A stretch of DNA of 64,000 nt from Cycas panzhihuaensis (Eukaryota; Plantae; Cycadophyta): assembly GCA_023213395.1 (NCBI GenBank), contig CM041465.1, forward strand, positions 205,227,741 to 205,291,740. Direction: 5' to 3'. Made by a program: the position numbers and the translations under genes. Shown here piece after piece: positions 27,601 to 41,300 of the stretch. The stretch's first letter is position 1; each line of letters begins with the position of its first letter. The notes below the pieces were generated by a model that was not told where the DNA came from, ran no database searches, and saw only the letters and a list, made by a program, of their open reading frames with translations.

Positions 27601-28834
27601 TTGAATACACTAAATCTATGTATTAGTTATCCTCCTCTTCACTTGCTACAAGACTTGAGAGAAAAAGTCTATCATTGTCTCTATTTTTAATTGTAGTATT
27701 TATAGTTTCTTTTTGTTAATTGGCATTCTTGGCAAAGTAATATTCTTCTATATGTCCCAACTTATGGCAAAAAGAGCATTTGATAGGGTCTCTACATATT
27801 TGACTATGACTTCTACTCCTATAGTTTCCTCTTCCTCTAGAGGTTGCTCTTCCTCTTTCAAAGAATGGGCCTTAACCTTGGCCCTGATAGATCATTTGAT
27901 TTTATCCCTTAAAATATTGGCTTAGTCCTTGATAGTTTCTTTGTCCTTGGTAGTTATTATATCCATGGTAGTATTGATTTTGTTCTTGAGATCTTCCTTG
28001 ATTTTGGAAGTTGTTCTAACCTTGATACCTTTGATTTAGCCCTTGATATTTTTGATGCAGTCCTTGATATTTTTTATTAGATTCTTGATGCCTTGGGTTT
28101 GGTTCTTGATAATTTCCTTATCCTTGATTTCTTTCTCTTCCTCTAGGGGATTGCTTCCTTCTCCTAGAACTTTGTCCTTGATTATTTTGTTTGATCCCTA
28201 TCTTTATGGAAAAAGTATATTCTAATGTCCCATGCTCCTCTTTCTTTTCTTCAACCATAAGAAGCATGGCATTTAATTTTTTAATTTAAAGGGCAGATAG
28301 ATCCTTAGATATTTCAATACCAATGGTAACCATCTCAAATCTTTTGACCTCTCTAACACACCTTAAGATCCTTTTAATAACTCTTTGTTCACTTAGCACT
28401 CCTCCTAGGAATCTTATCTGATTAACCAAGTCTTGGACCTTGGTGATAAACTCATTGATACTTTTCCTACATGGCATTCAAAAAATCTCAAATTTACTTC
28501 CAAGTGTTTGAAGTTTAGAGGATGTTGATCCTTTATAAATCAATATTAGAGTATCCCAAGCTTCTTTAGATGTAATCATTTCACTTACTTTAGGGAATAT
28601 GTGGTCATGTAAAGCACAAAATATGAGGGCCAAAGCCTCATTATCCTTTTTGTCATATTCCTTATAAACTTGTAGTTAATCTTTCATGGCATTATCATCA
28701 ATATCTTCATATCATTTAGTGATGATTTTTCCTATGTCCTTTGTTATGAATATTTACCTTATTCTTCTACTCCAATTAAGAAAGTTAACTCCATCAAATT
28801 TAAGTATAACTATGTTTCCAAAGTTTATTACTAT
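24620..28834 (-). pseudogene. gag-pol: gag-pol of C, heavily decayed
   Basis: ORF fragments 28286-28477 (SINEFITKVQDLVNQIR) and 26167-26400; RT/RH motifs readable through many TAG/TAA stops. Confidence 0.9.
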
Positions 28835-28954
28835 TGTAAACTCAAATTAATTTAAGTATACCCCAAAAAATATAAGTGTCTTTATGTATTATCTACCTAG
28901 GGGGTTTTTAATCTAGAATTCTAAGTCTTAGGGTCTCCAAATAAAGCTCTCAAT

Positions 28955-29340
28955 TATTATCCCGTCTAATGGCATTTGCCCATAAGTGGTAAACTAGGTA
29001 CCTAATATACTAGTATGTGAGTTTAAGTCTCTATATACCTTAGTACATAGACTAATAAGAAGGTCAAAGACTCCCTAACTTATTGGTCTACTTGCACTAA
29101 ACTTATGCTTTATGACATATTTAGCAGTGGGAACTTGACCAACTAAGGTACTCACCCCCTCTAAGTCTATCCTGGTCTCCAAACTCTAATGGTAAGGTTT
29201 TCCACCTAAGCCTACTACTTATTACACCTTATAGCCAATGGTTTCTTCAATAAATTAGAGTACACCAAGGGTGTGTATGGGGTGGTAACTTTAGGGGTCT
29301 TAACTATTCCCCTTATAAGGTTAGAAAAATGTGTGGTTAA
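28955..29340 (-). other. Homologue of the structured leader domain in C
   Basis: Reverse complement reads aaccacacattttt..aaggggaatagttaagacccctaaagttaccacccc..gtttggagac..gtactaaggtatatagag..gccatt, colinear with 13736-14125. Confidence 0.8.
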
Positions 29341-30331
29341 TTGGGAAATTATCTTATTAATATATCAAATTAATAATAATTTTGTGGTCTTTCTTACAAA
29401 TAAAGTTCCTTTTAACAAATATAAAACTAAAAACATTAAAAATAAATGAAGGAAACTAAAATAAGAGAAGGTTTATAGAGTTTTTATTGAGAAACTTTGA
29501 TCTAAGAGTGATTTCTTTAACCTTGAAAATAAATCCTACACAAGATCAACCACCAAACACTTATAAGTTTAAATAATTAATTAAAAACTACTAATAACTG
29601 TTAGTACTATAGTGTAATGATAATAACCTTAAAGAAAATAAAAATATAGGCTTAAAAATAATTAAAAAACACTCAATTATAGATTAAATAAGCAAGTTAA
29701 TTTTAATAGCTTATAACCCCTATAAAATAGATCCACATTAGTCTTAAAGTAGTTCTAAACTATAGTTCTCTTAATCAACTTTCTAATGGTTTAAACTATT
29801 TGAAAAATGGACTCTTGGATAAAAAGTCATTACGAAAATAGTGAAGAGACTTCTTTATGGTAAAAAAATCAAAGGAGGGTTTCCCTTAAGCCCCCTTAAT
29901 GATGCAGGCCTTGATTGTCAATTCTTTGTATATGATTACCTACTAGTGGGAAAGGAGTTGCATGGATTCTAAATATTATAGATTAAATATTATAAAATTA
30001 AAAAAATAAAAAACTATCTAAAAGAGTTTATGAGGATTTCAAACCTGCTCCCTTTTTTTAAAAATTGATGTCACATGGAGCAAAAAATGATCACTTGGTA
30101 AGGTAATGAGGGAGGCTACGAACTCCAAATAAGATTTTAATTTAATTAAAGTTTTGAAAACCTTTGTAAAAAAAATATATCAATGTTTAATAAAATAAAA
30201 AAGTGTGGACAATAATAGGTGATGAGACAGTAAATAGAGAGATTTAAAAAGTTAATTTAATTGATTTATTCAATTGATCAAATTTGAAAACTTCAAATCT
30301 ATCTCAAATCTATGAAATTAAAAAGTAATAC

Positions 30332-30373
<42 letters not shown>

Positions 30374-30639
30374 GATACATATACATACATATATATATGT
30401 ATGTATGTATACATATATACATATATATGTATACATATATATATGTATGTATACATATATCTATATATATATATAGATATATGTATACATATATCTATAT
30501 ATATATAGATATGTGTATACATATATCTATATATATATAGATATAGATATATGTATACATACACACACACACATACATATATATATATGTATGTATATAT
30601 ATATATATATATATATACATTTATATATGTATGTATATA

Positions 30640-30672
<33 letters not shown>

Positions 30673-30713
30673 GTATGTATATATATATATACATATATAT
30701 ATATACATATATG

Positions 30714-30794
<81 letters not shown>

Positions 30795-30864
30795 ACATAT
30801 ATACATATATATATATATACAGATATATATGTATACATATATACATATACATATATATATATAT

Positions 30865-30959
<95 letters not shown>

Positions 30960-30960
30960 T

Positions 30961-31007
<47 letters not shown>

Positions 31008-31041
31008 TAGATATGTATATATGTATATATATGTACGTATA

Positions 31042-31082
<41 letters not shown>

Positions 31083-31117
31083 CTATCTATCTATCTATCT
31101 ATCTATATATATATATC

Positions 31118-31148
<31 letters not shown>

Positions 31149-31152
31149 ATAT
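30332..31152. repeat. ~820 bp compound (AC)n/(AT)n/(GATA)n/(GT)n microsatellite inside the leader of C
   Basis: Directly visible; source of the second cluster of IYIY ORFs. Confidence 0.98.
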
Positions 31153-34100
31153 AAACCATATATAAAAATATAAAACTATCTAAGAACTAAGTGGCCATCA
31201 AATGTTATCTACTAAGTGCAAATATCTTTTCCTTTCTTAAATCCATAAATCTATCATTTGAGTCTTAGATCCATGAGTCCAGAATTCATATCTCAAATCC
31301 ATAACTCAGGAAAGGGTTTTGGGGATTGATTCTAGTCCATAATATTATATGGACTTGGTGTTATATAGCCAACCATCATGATGTAGAGAAGGAGTCAAAA
31401 GTCCTTCACAGGAATCACCCATCCAGAGACCAAGTCAAGTGACATAGAGTAATGTTGCCAAGGCCATGTAGGGCAACATAGACAAAACCATGTAGAGCAT
31501 ATGTGACATAGGTCATGGAGGAAAATCACTTTATAAATATATTGAAATATTAAACAAGTGTTAATATAATATCAACTTTGATTATTGGCAATGTACAAGC
31601 ACATAAGTATATATGTATGTGAGAAGGCAAATGAAAAGCCTATGGAGGATAAGAAATCATGCAGCAAATGACTAGAGCTAAGTATTACAAAATTTAGCAA
31701 CCTTATAATATTATGTTGAAATAATAGTCATCTATTCACTAGCCAAAGAGATCTTTTTATAATAAGTTTTTATACATAGAGATGGGATCTTTATGAGAGC
31801 AACTAATAGATAGTACAATAAGGCTATGAAGCATAAATATATCCAACAAATGGAGTTCTACTTCCTTTGATTTAATTATCCTGCAACAGGCAAGAGTATA
31901 TTGCCAAAAAATACTTTCAATCAAATAAAACTATATCAAATATGAATAAAACATATAAAGATATGTATAATATTTTTAGCTAAGATATTTAGCCACTATA
32001 TGTAATATGCTCTGTAAAGCTCTACCAATTGCTTTGATAGTAAATGAAAGCAGTGGGAGTTAGAGGGAATAACAACTACAAAGCCATAATCTAAATAATA
32101 AATTTTTGTAATAATATTGATAGTGTTAAAGAATACTTGGGGGACTTATAGCTTGGTATAAATAGATAAGATGTTGGGTAAGATCCTAACATCCATCATC
32201 TTTGGTATTTAAAAACACCATTAAAAATAATTAGAATTTTGGCTAAGGTTATCCATAGTCAACTCCACCAACCCCAATTCTGACACACCCTTTAATAATT
32301 CAAATGAACATGAATCCAACAGGTAGTTCTAAAGGATTATAAGTTTTATGTTCATTTGGACAATCCCTTACCTAAATGCCCCTTTGAAAATTTTAAGATT
32401 TTGTTATCTAAGTAGATTAATGAATGCCTCATGCTTGAGTTTATTTACTATTTATATTAACCTATTTTTATAAAAGTTTCTTAGGACCACATGAAACTCT
32501 TTATATTATCTTCTAACCCACCCTTACCCATCTTGCTTAGGTCACGTCATGTCTAGTTATTTAAGTTAAATAAGCCATAACAAGTCACACTGAGTGATTA
32601 TTTGGTCACTAAAAGAATACAATAGTTTAGAACCAACTCTCTTCCTTTATCTCCTCCTTAAAATATATCAAGTCAAGAAGTGTATTATTAATGGGTATAG
32701 GATGCCATTAAGCCTACTTTAAGGGACTATACTTATCTACCTAATTATTAAGTCAACATCACTCTAATTTCGGTTAGTAGATTTCTTTTATCTCTTAGCC
32801 ATTCCCTATGAAGTATCTCATCCTCATCATCAATGCTTTATTCTCATGAGAACTGGTCATCATCATCTTCATTAGTAATAATGAAATATTTTTTAAGTTA
32901 GACATATTTTTAATTCTAGTTTAAGTATTTTATTTTTTCTTTTTGAGTGTTAACACCATATCTTTTAAAGTATCTTATGTATTTCAACTATTAGTAGATA
33001 AAATTTCTACTATAGTTTTGATAATAAATTCCTTATCTATTCTAATTGTAATGGCATGCTTGTATACTAAAATTAGTTATATTTATTTGTAGTTTATGCC
33101 TCATTCATTCTAGTTCTAGTATATCTTTACTATACTTTAATTATAGTGATATATATTTTCAATAATAAATATCTTTGGTGAAATTTTTAGTGGATTGAAT
33201 AAAACCAATATAAAATTTTGATATAAGATTTAGGTAGAATTAGTCTACCTTCAAAATAAAAATTTCATTCATTAAGAACGACTCTCTAATATGTTAACAT
33301 ATGAACCTATATACTTATAAGTATAAATAAGATTAATAAAGATCTAAATATGACTCATAGCTACCTTGACATATGTCACAAGTCTATTAAGGACCTTTTA
33401 TAACTCTTAGATAAGTGTCACTAGATCCTACAATGTATTAACCCATTTTTTCCCCTAGGTAATCATTAATTATAACACTTACTCTTAAAGTTTATGTCAT
33501 TAGCTTTAATGCTAATATAAGATCTAAAATTTTTAAACTTTTTTTGAATTAATAGTTTGGTGAAGATATCTGTTAACTGCACTTTTGTTAGTTTATACAC
33601 AAACTTAACCTCTCTATTCTATATTTGCTCTAATATAAAATGATAATACACTTTGATGTATTTGATATGAGCATGGAATAATAGATTCTTAGAAATCTTC
33701 AAAATTCTTTAATTATCAATGTACAATATAGTTGTCTCATCTTGATAGAGTCCTAAATCACTAAATATCTGTCTCAACTAGATGGCCTCACAAATTGGTA
33801 TAACAATAGCTTTATATTCTACTTCAATAGATGATAAGGCAATATTATGGTACTTCTTACTATTCCATATAATAATAACAAAAGTTAAACTACAACAATA
33901 TATTAAAGTAGACCTTTTATTATCTGTACATCTAAAAACGTCAAAATTTGAATATCCTTCTAACTGGAAAATATCATTCTAACTAAAATCTAATTTAAAA
34001 TATAATATCATATGAAAATATCTCAAGATACTCTTTGTAGCTTTCTAATGGCTTTACTTCATTTTTTCCATGAACCTCGATACCATACCAATTACAAGGA

Positions 34101-34197
34101 TATACCTAGCCTAATTGTAGTTAAATAGATCAAACCACCAACTAATTACCTTTACATCATGCAAACTATACAATCTTCATCATCTAGAGATATCAAT

Positions 34198-37100
34198 TGT
34201 TAGCAATAATGTTTACTATTTTATTAAAGATGTGGATAAGTTACCTTAGGACTTCACAAGCTGTCAATAGTTTCCAACAGCCTCTAATAGCGATTAGGTA
34301 TATATTTTATATTATTATTTTAAATTTTAAAAGTGTTGGTTAATGCTGAGTTCCCTCCCAACCTCTCAACCATAAAGTAAGTGGCATTTTGCCCAAAGGT
34401 GCTTATCAACACTACCATTATATCAAAATTTTGTTACAATGGATACGTAATATTGATCTTTATGTTCTTTATATTATATTTTTTTGTAAATATGGATTAA
34501 GTCCTATTCATCTTTGTTACCCTATTTTCTTCATTTAGTATCAAGGCTTCTTGGGTTGACTTCATTTGGCTACATTTGGTATAAAAACAAAAATTTATTA
34601 ATTTTGGAGCAAATATTTATCAAAAATGGCTCACAAAAAGTATTATATTAAATTTTTATTCACTTTTATAAAGTTTATTAATAATTTTTGGCATTATTTT
34701 ATTAAATATTTGACTATTTTGATTCATATGCTCAATATAATCTATATTTTCTTAGATCTATATAGTAATAGTTAGCATAATCAACCTAACATTTGTTTGA
34801 AGTTATTACATTAAGGTTTCATTTAATATTTTATAAGATTTTAATAGTTTTCTCACTATTTTTTGAGGTTTTTTCTATAAATTTAGACTTCTATAGGCTA
34901 GTGCACTCTCCATGGAAATCTAAACTATATCAAGTAACCATTCATTTGAAAGCTTTCAGAGTCAAATTTGCACTAGATATGATAATTTCAAATTTTGTTG
35001 TCTCTTGGTGGAGATATTACTTCTAGAAGCTCACCCTCTTTGGCTGCATACTAAAACCTTAATGTACCATTTCAAAATCATTAGTTTGTGCTTTGATTTC
35101 TTTCTAATCTCTCTAGAGTAGGGTTGTAAGTCCATTAGTGACTACATAAAGGTATTTTATATGTTATTTTACCCTTTGTTTGGATCGTACAAACTCTAGT
35201 TAGTTATTCAACCTCTAAACTTTCTATCACTTTATTATGGCTCTCTACTTCATAGAATTTAATGAAACTTGAGGTGTGTCTCTGGGTTTGGCATCTCTTA
35301 TTTTTTGTAAAATTTTATCTCATTCGTAGTTGTGTACAAAGAGAATGGGTTCTCTGTTTATTTTCATGGGCACACAAATGTCTAAATTTTATTTATTTAC
35401 AAATTTTAAATTTTGATTTATTTCTTCTAAAATTTTATAAAGTTTAGCTAAATTTAATTTTGTTTTATAAATTTTGAGTTATATCCCTATTTAGCCCCCA
35501 ACCTTAGTCATTTGACCTCTTATACAACCTTATTTTTGTTTTAAAGTGGCCCACATTTTAAATTTGTTAGGTTATTTTTGATAAATTTGGATTTTAAAAT
35601 ATTCAACTCTATTTTATAATTTTTAGGGTCCACTAACCTCTTTTATTGACTAGTGACTAGTTTCTTGTATCCTTTAAGTGACCAAGGGCTTTGTTAAAGG
35701 GGACTTAACCACCCACCCCCCCCCCCCCGCCCATATTTAGTTTTTCATCATAAGAAGGTGTCTTCACTATTTTCCTTATAACTTTTGATCTAGTAGTCCA
35801 TTTTTCTAATAGTTGGATCTGTTGAAAATTTGGCACACCAATCTACGTACTAAAATTATTTTCATTATGATTTGAAATTATTTTATAATAGTTTGAGGTT
35901 GCTAAAGTTAACCCTTTAGATTGACCTAAGTTTGAGCTCTTTTCAGGATGTTTGAGCTATTTAATGATTATATTCAAGCATATTTATATTTTATTGAGAC
36001 CCTAATCTTATTTTAGCTAATTTCACTTGGTTTTTTTAGGCTTACATGTGATTTTTAATAGAATATAGTGAAAATTTTCCTCTTGAAGGAGAAGACAATA
36101 CTTGGACATTATTTAATCTATAAAGAGCCTTTTAAACCCTAAATCATTTTTTTTTTAATATTCTATTTCATTTTTTAGCTCATTTATTTTTATTTTAAAG
36201 CTCATATCAAGCTTGTTTACCTTATTTAAAGGATAATTTATCTCTTTTAAAGGTTATTTTCAAAAATCATTTAAGGCTATCTTGTTGCACCTTAAAGACT
36301 TATATAGAGTTCATTTATTATATCTTAAAAGCTCATTTGCACTTAGTTTTTTCAACTTATTAATCTTCATTTTGAAGCTCATATTAGGCTCATTTATCTT
36401 ATTTAAAGGTAACTTATGCTTCATTATTAAAGCATATTTCAAAGTTTAATTAAGGTTCCTTTATTGCACTTAAAAGTTCAACTAGAGTGCATCTTAAAAG
36501 CTTATTTAAAAGGCTCTCTTATTTCTTTACATTTTATATTACTTTAGAGTTTATTTATAAAACTTTGAAAGCTTATTTATTCAATATATATTTCATTCAA
36601 ATATATTTATTTCATTTCATTGTCAAGTTACTTTTATTTATTGATTAATAAGGAACCTTATTGGTATCAACTTGAAAGTTTATTTCTTCCATATTTATTT
36701 CATTTAAAAAGAGGTGTATTTCATTTTGATTTTTAAGTTATTTTTTATTTGATATTAAAAGGAATTTTATTTGATTAATAAGACCACATATAAAATTTAT
36801 TTTTACATATAAATGTGTATTTTATTTGGATTACGTATTAAAGTTTTCTTCATAATAGCAATAAATCTTGATGTTATGCTTATACCTACATTTGATGGAA
36901 CTAATTTTTCACTTTAGAGTAAATTTATGAAATCATTTTTTATTGCTAAAAATCTTTAGAATTTTATGAAGGATGGTTATAATGACTTAAGTGACAATGC
37001 TATATTAGAAGAGAAATAAATCTTTAAAGAAAATATGAAGAAAGACAATAAAGCATTAGCGTTAATATTTTGTGCATTGGATGACTACATATTCTCAAGC

Positions 37101-37926
37101 ATAAGTGAAATAACTACATCAAAGAATTTATGGAACACTTTAGAATTGATTCATAAGGGAGCCACAACTATTAAATTAAGGGAAATTAGATATGTTGATG
37201 ATGTATTATCTGTGGAACAAATGTTAGAATAAGATCACAATGTTATATTTAATAATATTATGTGTACCATTAACCTAAATAATTCCAACAAAGTAGATGA
37301 TCACTACAAGATAAAAGCTAAGGAAGATAAATACCCTAATAAATCCAAATCCTCCAGATCTACTTATTCAAATCAAGTCAACTTTATCCTACTAAGAAAT
37401 ACTTGGGAACTACATGAGCCTCATACTCTTGAAGAGGTCTATGTTACAATAACATCAATACAAGATGGTGACATAGAATTAGTTTATTATAAAATAAAGG
37501 AACAAGAAGAAGATCTCTTCCCTAAGGTATTTCTAAAGTTCAAGTTCCATAAATTCAAAGAGAATCTTAGTGTTATAAATAACGAATAATATGGGAGAGA
37601 ATGTTAGTAAGAATGTTTATTATTTTATTAAAGGTGTGCATAAGTTACCTTAGGACTTCACAAGCCATCAATAGTTGTTAATAGCTATTAGGTACGTGTT
37701 TTATATTATTATTTTAAATTTTATAAGTGTTGGTTGATGATGGATTCTCTTCCAACCTTCCAACCATAAATAAGTGATATTTTTCTGAAAGGTATTTATA
37801 AACATTGTCATTATGCCAAAATTTTGTTACAATAGATACCTAATATTGATCTTTATATTCTTTATGTTACTTTCTTTTGAAAATATGGATTACATCCTAT
37901 TCCACTCTATTTCCCTATTTTCTTCA
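34198..37926 (+). mobile_element. Non-autonomous copia derivative E (B/C family) with truncated Gag
   Basis: LTRs 34198-34533 and 37602-37926; TSD TCAAT/TCAAC; decayed PBS tagtatcaaggct from 34536; PPT atgggagagaa 37591-37601; no PR, INT or RT core. Confidence 0.93.
36855..37589 (+). pseudogene. Mosaic of Gag N-terminal domain, pre-RT linker and RNase H C-terminus in E
   Basis: (M)AINLDVMLIPTFDGTNF..KKDNKALALIFCA..LWNTLELIHKG, then RSTYSNQVNF..HEPHTLEE fused to IQDGDIELVYY..EQEEDLFPK..KFHKFKENLSVI. Confidence 0.85.
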
Positions 37927-38371
37927 TCAACTTCAAACCTTATAGGGGTTGGGATAAGTTTATAATCCTCTATTTTAAATTTCTTCATAATATCCTATGC
38001 ATACTTAACTTGTGAAATGAAAATATTTCTAGCCTTCTACTATACTTCCACTCCTAAAAAGTAGCAGAGATATCCAAGATTTATCATTGTGAATGTCTTA
38101 TATAGATTATTCTTTAGGTATTCAACCTTTAAGATATTATTTCTTATGATCACAAAATCATTCACATATATTACTATAAAGAAGACTGAATTTTCTTTAA
38201 TCTTGATACATAGGTTTGAATCAGATGACAACCTTTAAAACTTGTTATCTAAAAAGTACTAATCAATCTTAGAATACCGAGCTCTTGGAACCTATTTTAG
38301 GTATATAAATCCTTCTTCAAGTGATATACTAGATGCTCTTTTCCCTTTGTAATATATTTAGATGTCTACTT

Positions 38372-41300
38372 TGTTGAAAAAACTAGGTCCCAATAACGAT
38401 AAAATGCCACTAAGATCTAAACTATTTTGTAACTAGTTATAAGAATTGAAGCTAAAATTTAACATAGAAGTTCTTAAACTATAGATAATATAATAAATAA
38501 ATCAGAAAGTCAAAATATCACATACACATGAGATATAATATAGTAAAACTCTAGTAGTATATTAGGAAAACATATGCATAAGAAAGGTATCGATCTTTAT
38601 TATCTAAGAATGGAAAAATATATATAATCTATAGTAGAATGCTCACAACAACAACAACTAACTGACTTTTATTAATATAGTACATGCAATATATTAAATA
38701 TAATTAAGATAATAAAAAAACACCCTAAATTGGGCTATATGAGAGAGCCATACAAGGCACAAATCTTGACCATTAAATCTGGGATATTTTGAATGAATGA
38801 CCTTGATTCTCTTTTTAATTTAGTATGTTTTATAACAATAGCTTTTGGGGTTGGGGGCTATCACTCCTGAACCCCCTTTTTGTGAGGTGGGAAGGTGGGG
38901 GAAGGGGTGGGGTTTTGGCTCTCCCTACACATCCTGAATAAGGGGGGTTTCTATCCCCTATGGACGCCCTTACAAAACTTTGGAGGGAAAACTATGCTAC
39001 CAACTTGTCAAAAATTTTGCCTCCAATATATTATTGTTATATTATCTAACAATCTTCACCTTGATAATAATTTACCTGATATCTTTCTTAGACCATTCAT
39101 CATCTTTTCTATAAATTAAGAAGTCAAGCACCATTTAAACTTCTCCAATAGTACTAATTTTATGAATATGTTAGCATAATTTTATTTTGTGTTAACATTT
39201 TCAAGTGCCACTCTAGCTGCTTGCATAACATAGTTAATAAAATGGTACTTAAGAGTAATATACTTTGTCTTACTATGATAAGCTAGATTCTTTATTAAGT
39301 AAATAACACTTTGACTATCATAGAATATCTTTATCTTTTCTTGTTTCCTTTTAAGCTCAACTAATAGACCTTGCAACCATATTGCTTCCTTACAAGCATA
39401 TGCTGTAGTAATATATTCTACTTTTGTAGTCTATGATAAAATTGTACTCTACAATTTTGATATCCAACTAATCAAACCATTTTAAAGAGTAAATACATGA
39501 CTTGAAGTAGACCTTTTCTTATCTAAATCTCTTGTAAAGTTTAAATCAATATATCTACAAACTTGATTACTTGTACCACCAAAGATAATATGATAGTCAC
39601 TTGTACCTCTTAAATACTAAATCATCTATTTCACTGCTACCTAATGTACTTTTATTAGATTTTCCATAAACCTACTAATTATACTAATTGCATGTGAAAT
39701 GTCAAGTCTTATATATACCATGGCATATATCAAACTTCCTACTGAACTAACATAAGGTATACGAGATATATAATCCTTTTCTTCTTTACTACTATGACTC
39801 ATACTTGAAGAAATCTTGAAATAGGAAGCCAATGAGATACTAGTTGGTTTTACATTTGCTATACCAAATCTAGTTAGCACTTTCTCTACATATTTTTATT
39901 GTGATAATTATAACTTACTATTTGTCTTATCTCCATGTATCTTTATACCTAAGATTTATTTTACAGATCCTAGATCCTTTATATCAAAAGTCCTAGATAA
40001 TTGAGCCTTTAACTTGTTGATTTTTGCCATACTCTTACTTTCAACTAACATGTCATCAACATACAATACCAAGATAATGAATAAGTCATTGTCCAATAAT
40101 TTAAAGTAAATACAATGATCATACTCACTTCTTTTAAAATTTTGGCTCTCCATGAAGGTATCAAACTTCTTGTACCATTACCTGGGTGATTATTTTAGGC
40201 TATACAATGATTTCCTAAGCCTACACATAAGTCTTTTCTTGCCATCCTATATAAACCCTTCTAGCTAATCCATATAGATCTCCTCATCTAAATCTCCATT
40301 TAGAAAAGATGTTTTTACATCTATCTACTCTAACTCTAAATCAAGAGAAGTTACCGATGCTAACATAACCTAACTTGAAATAAGTTTAATAACTAGTGAA
40401 AAGATGTCATGAAAATCAATACCTATATTCTATACAAAGCCTTTAGCCATCAGTCTTGCCTTATATTTGTCAACCTTTCTATCAACATCTATTTTCCTTT
40501 TGAAAACCTACTTATAACTAATAATCTTCTTACTATGTATAAGTTTTACCAAGTCCCATGAATTATGTTTCTTTACAGCATTTTTTTCTTCCTACATAGG
40601 CCTCCTCCACCTCTCACTATGGATATTATCTACTACTTCCTGATAATATGTAGGCTCACCATTATTAGAAACTAAAGCAATAGAAATAGAAGGGTTGTAC
40701 CTATCAGGTGGATGACTGACTCATGTAGATCTTCTAATAGTTGGTGGAGGAGTATCCACATACTCTTATAAATCTGCTATAGATCTATCTTCAGAAAGTT
40801 CTTCCCACTTTTCTATTTCTAAAGATGGTTAGGTCTCAAGTTTGACCTATTGATATTTAACTTTTTGCTCATATTTTACTTCAACTTCTGTACTATCTAA
40901 TTTTAGAAAGGGAGATTCATCAAATACAATATCTTTGTTAATAGTAATTTTGTAGTTAGTAGGATCCCACAACCTATATCCCTTCACACCATCTTTATCA
41001 CCATAACCAATAAAGATACATCTCTTAGTTTTCAAGTCTAACTTTGAATGTTGGCTTTTATTAATCAAGGCATAAGCATCACAATAAAAAACTTTCAAAT
41101 TTGAATAGTCACATGGATGTCTAGTCCATAACTCTTTAGGAATCTTATAGTCTATTATAAGTGTTGGTGACCTATTTACCAAATAATAAGATATTTTAAT
41201 AAGTTCTACCCATAAGCCCTGTTCTACTTCTATATTACTTAGCATGCTACTTGCTCTTTCTAAGAGTGTCTTATTCATATGCTTAGCTATGTCATTCTAT

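Larger units (their letters stand above)
24327..32321 (-). mobile_element. Ty1/copia LTR retrotransposon C, older relative of B
   Basis: LTRs 24327-24602 and 32045-32321; TSD GGTTG/GGTAG (1 mismatch); decayed PBS complement gctttgatagta at ~32031-32042; Gag start (FGNIVILKFDGVNFLNWSRR) and pol segments align with B. Confidence 0.93.
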
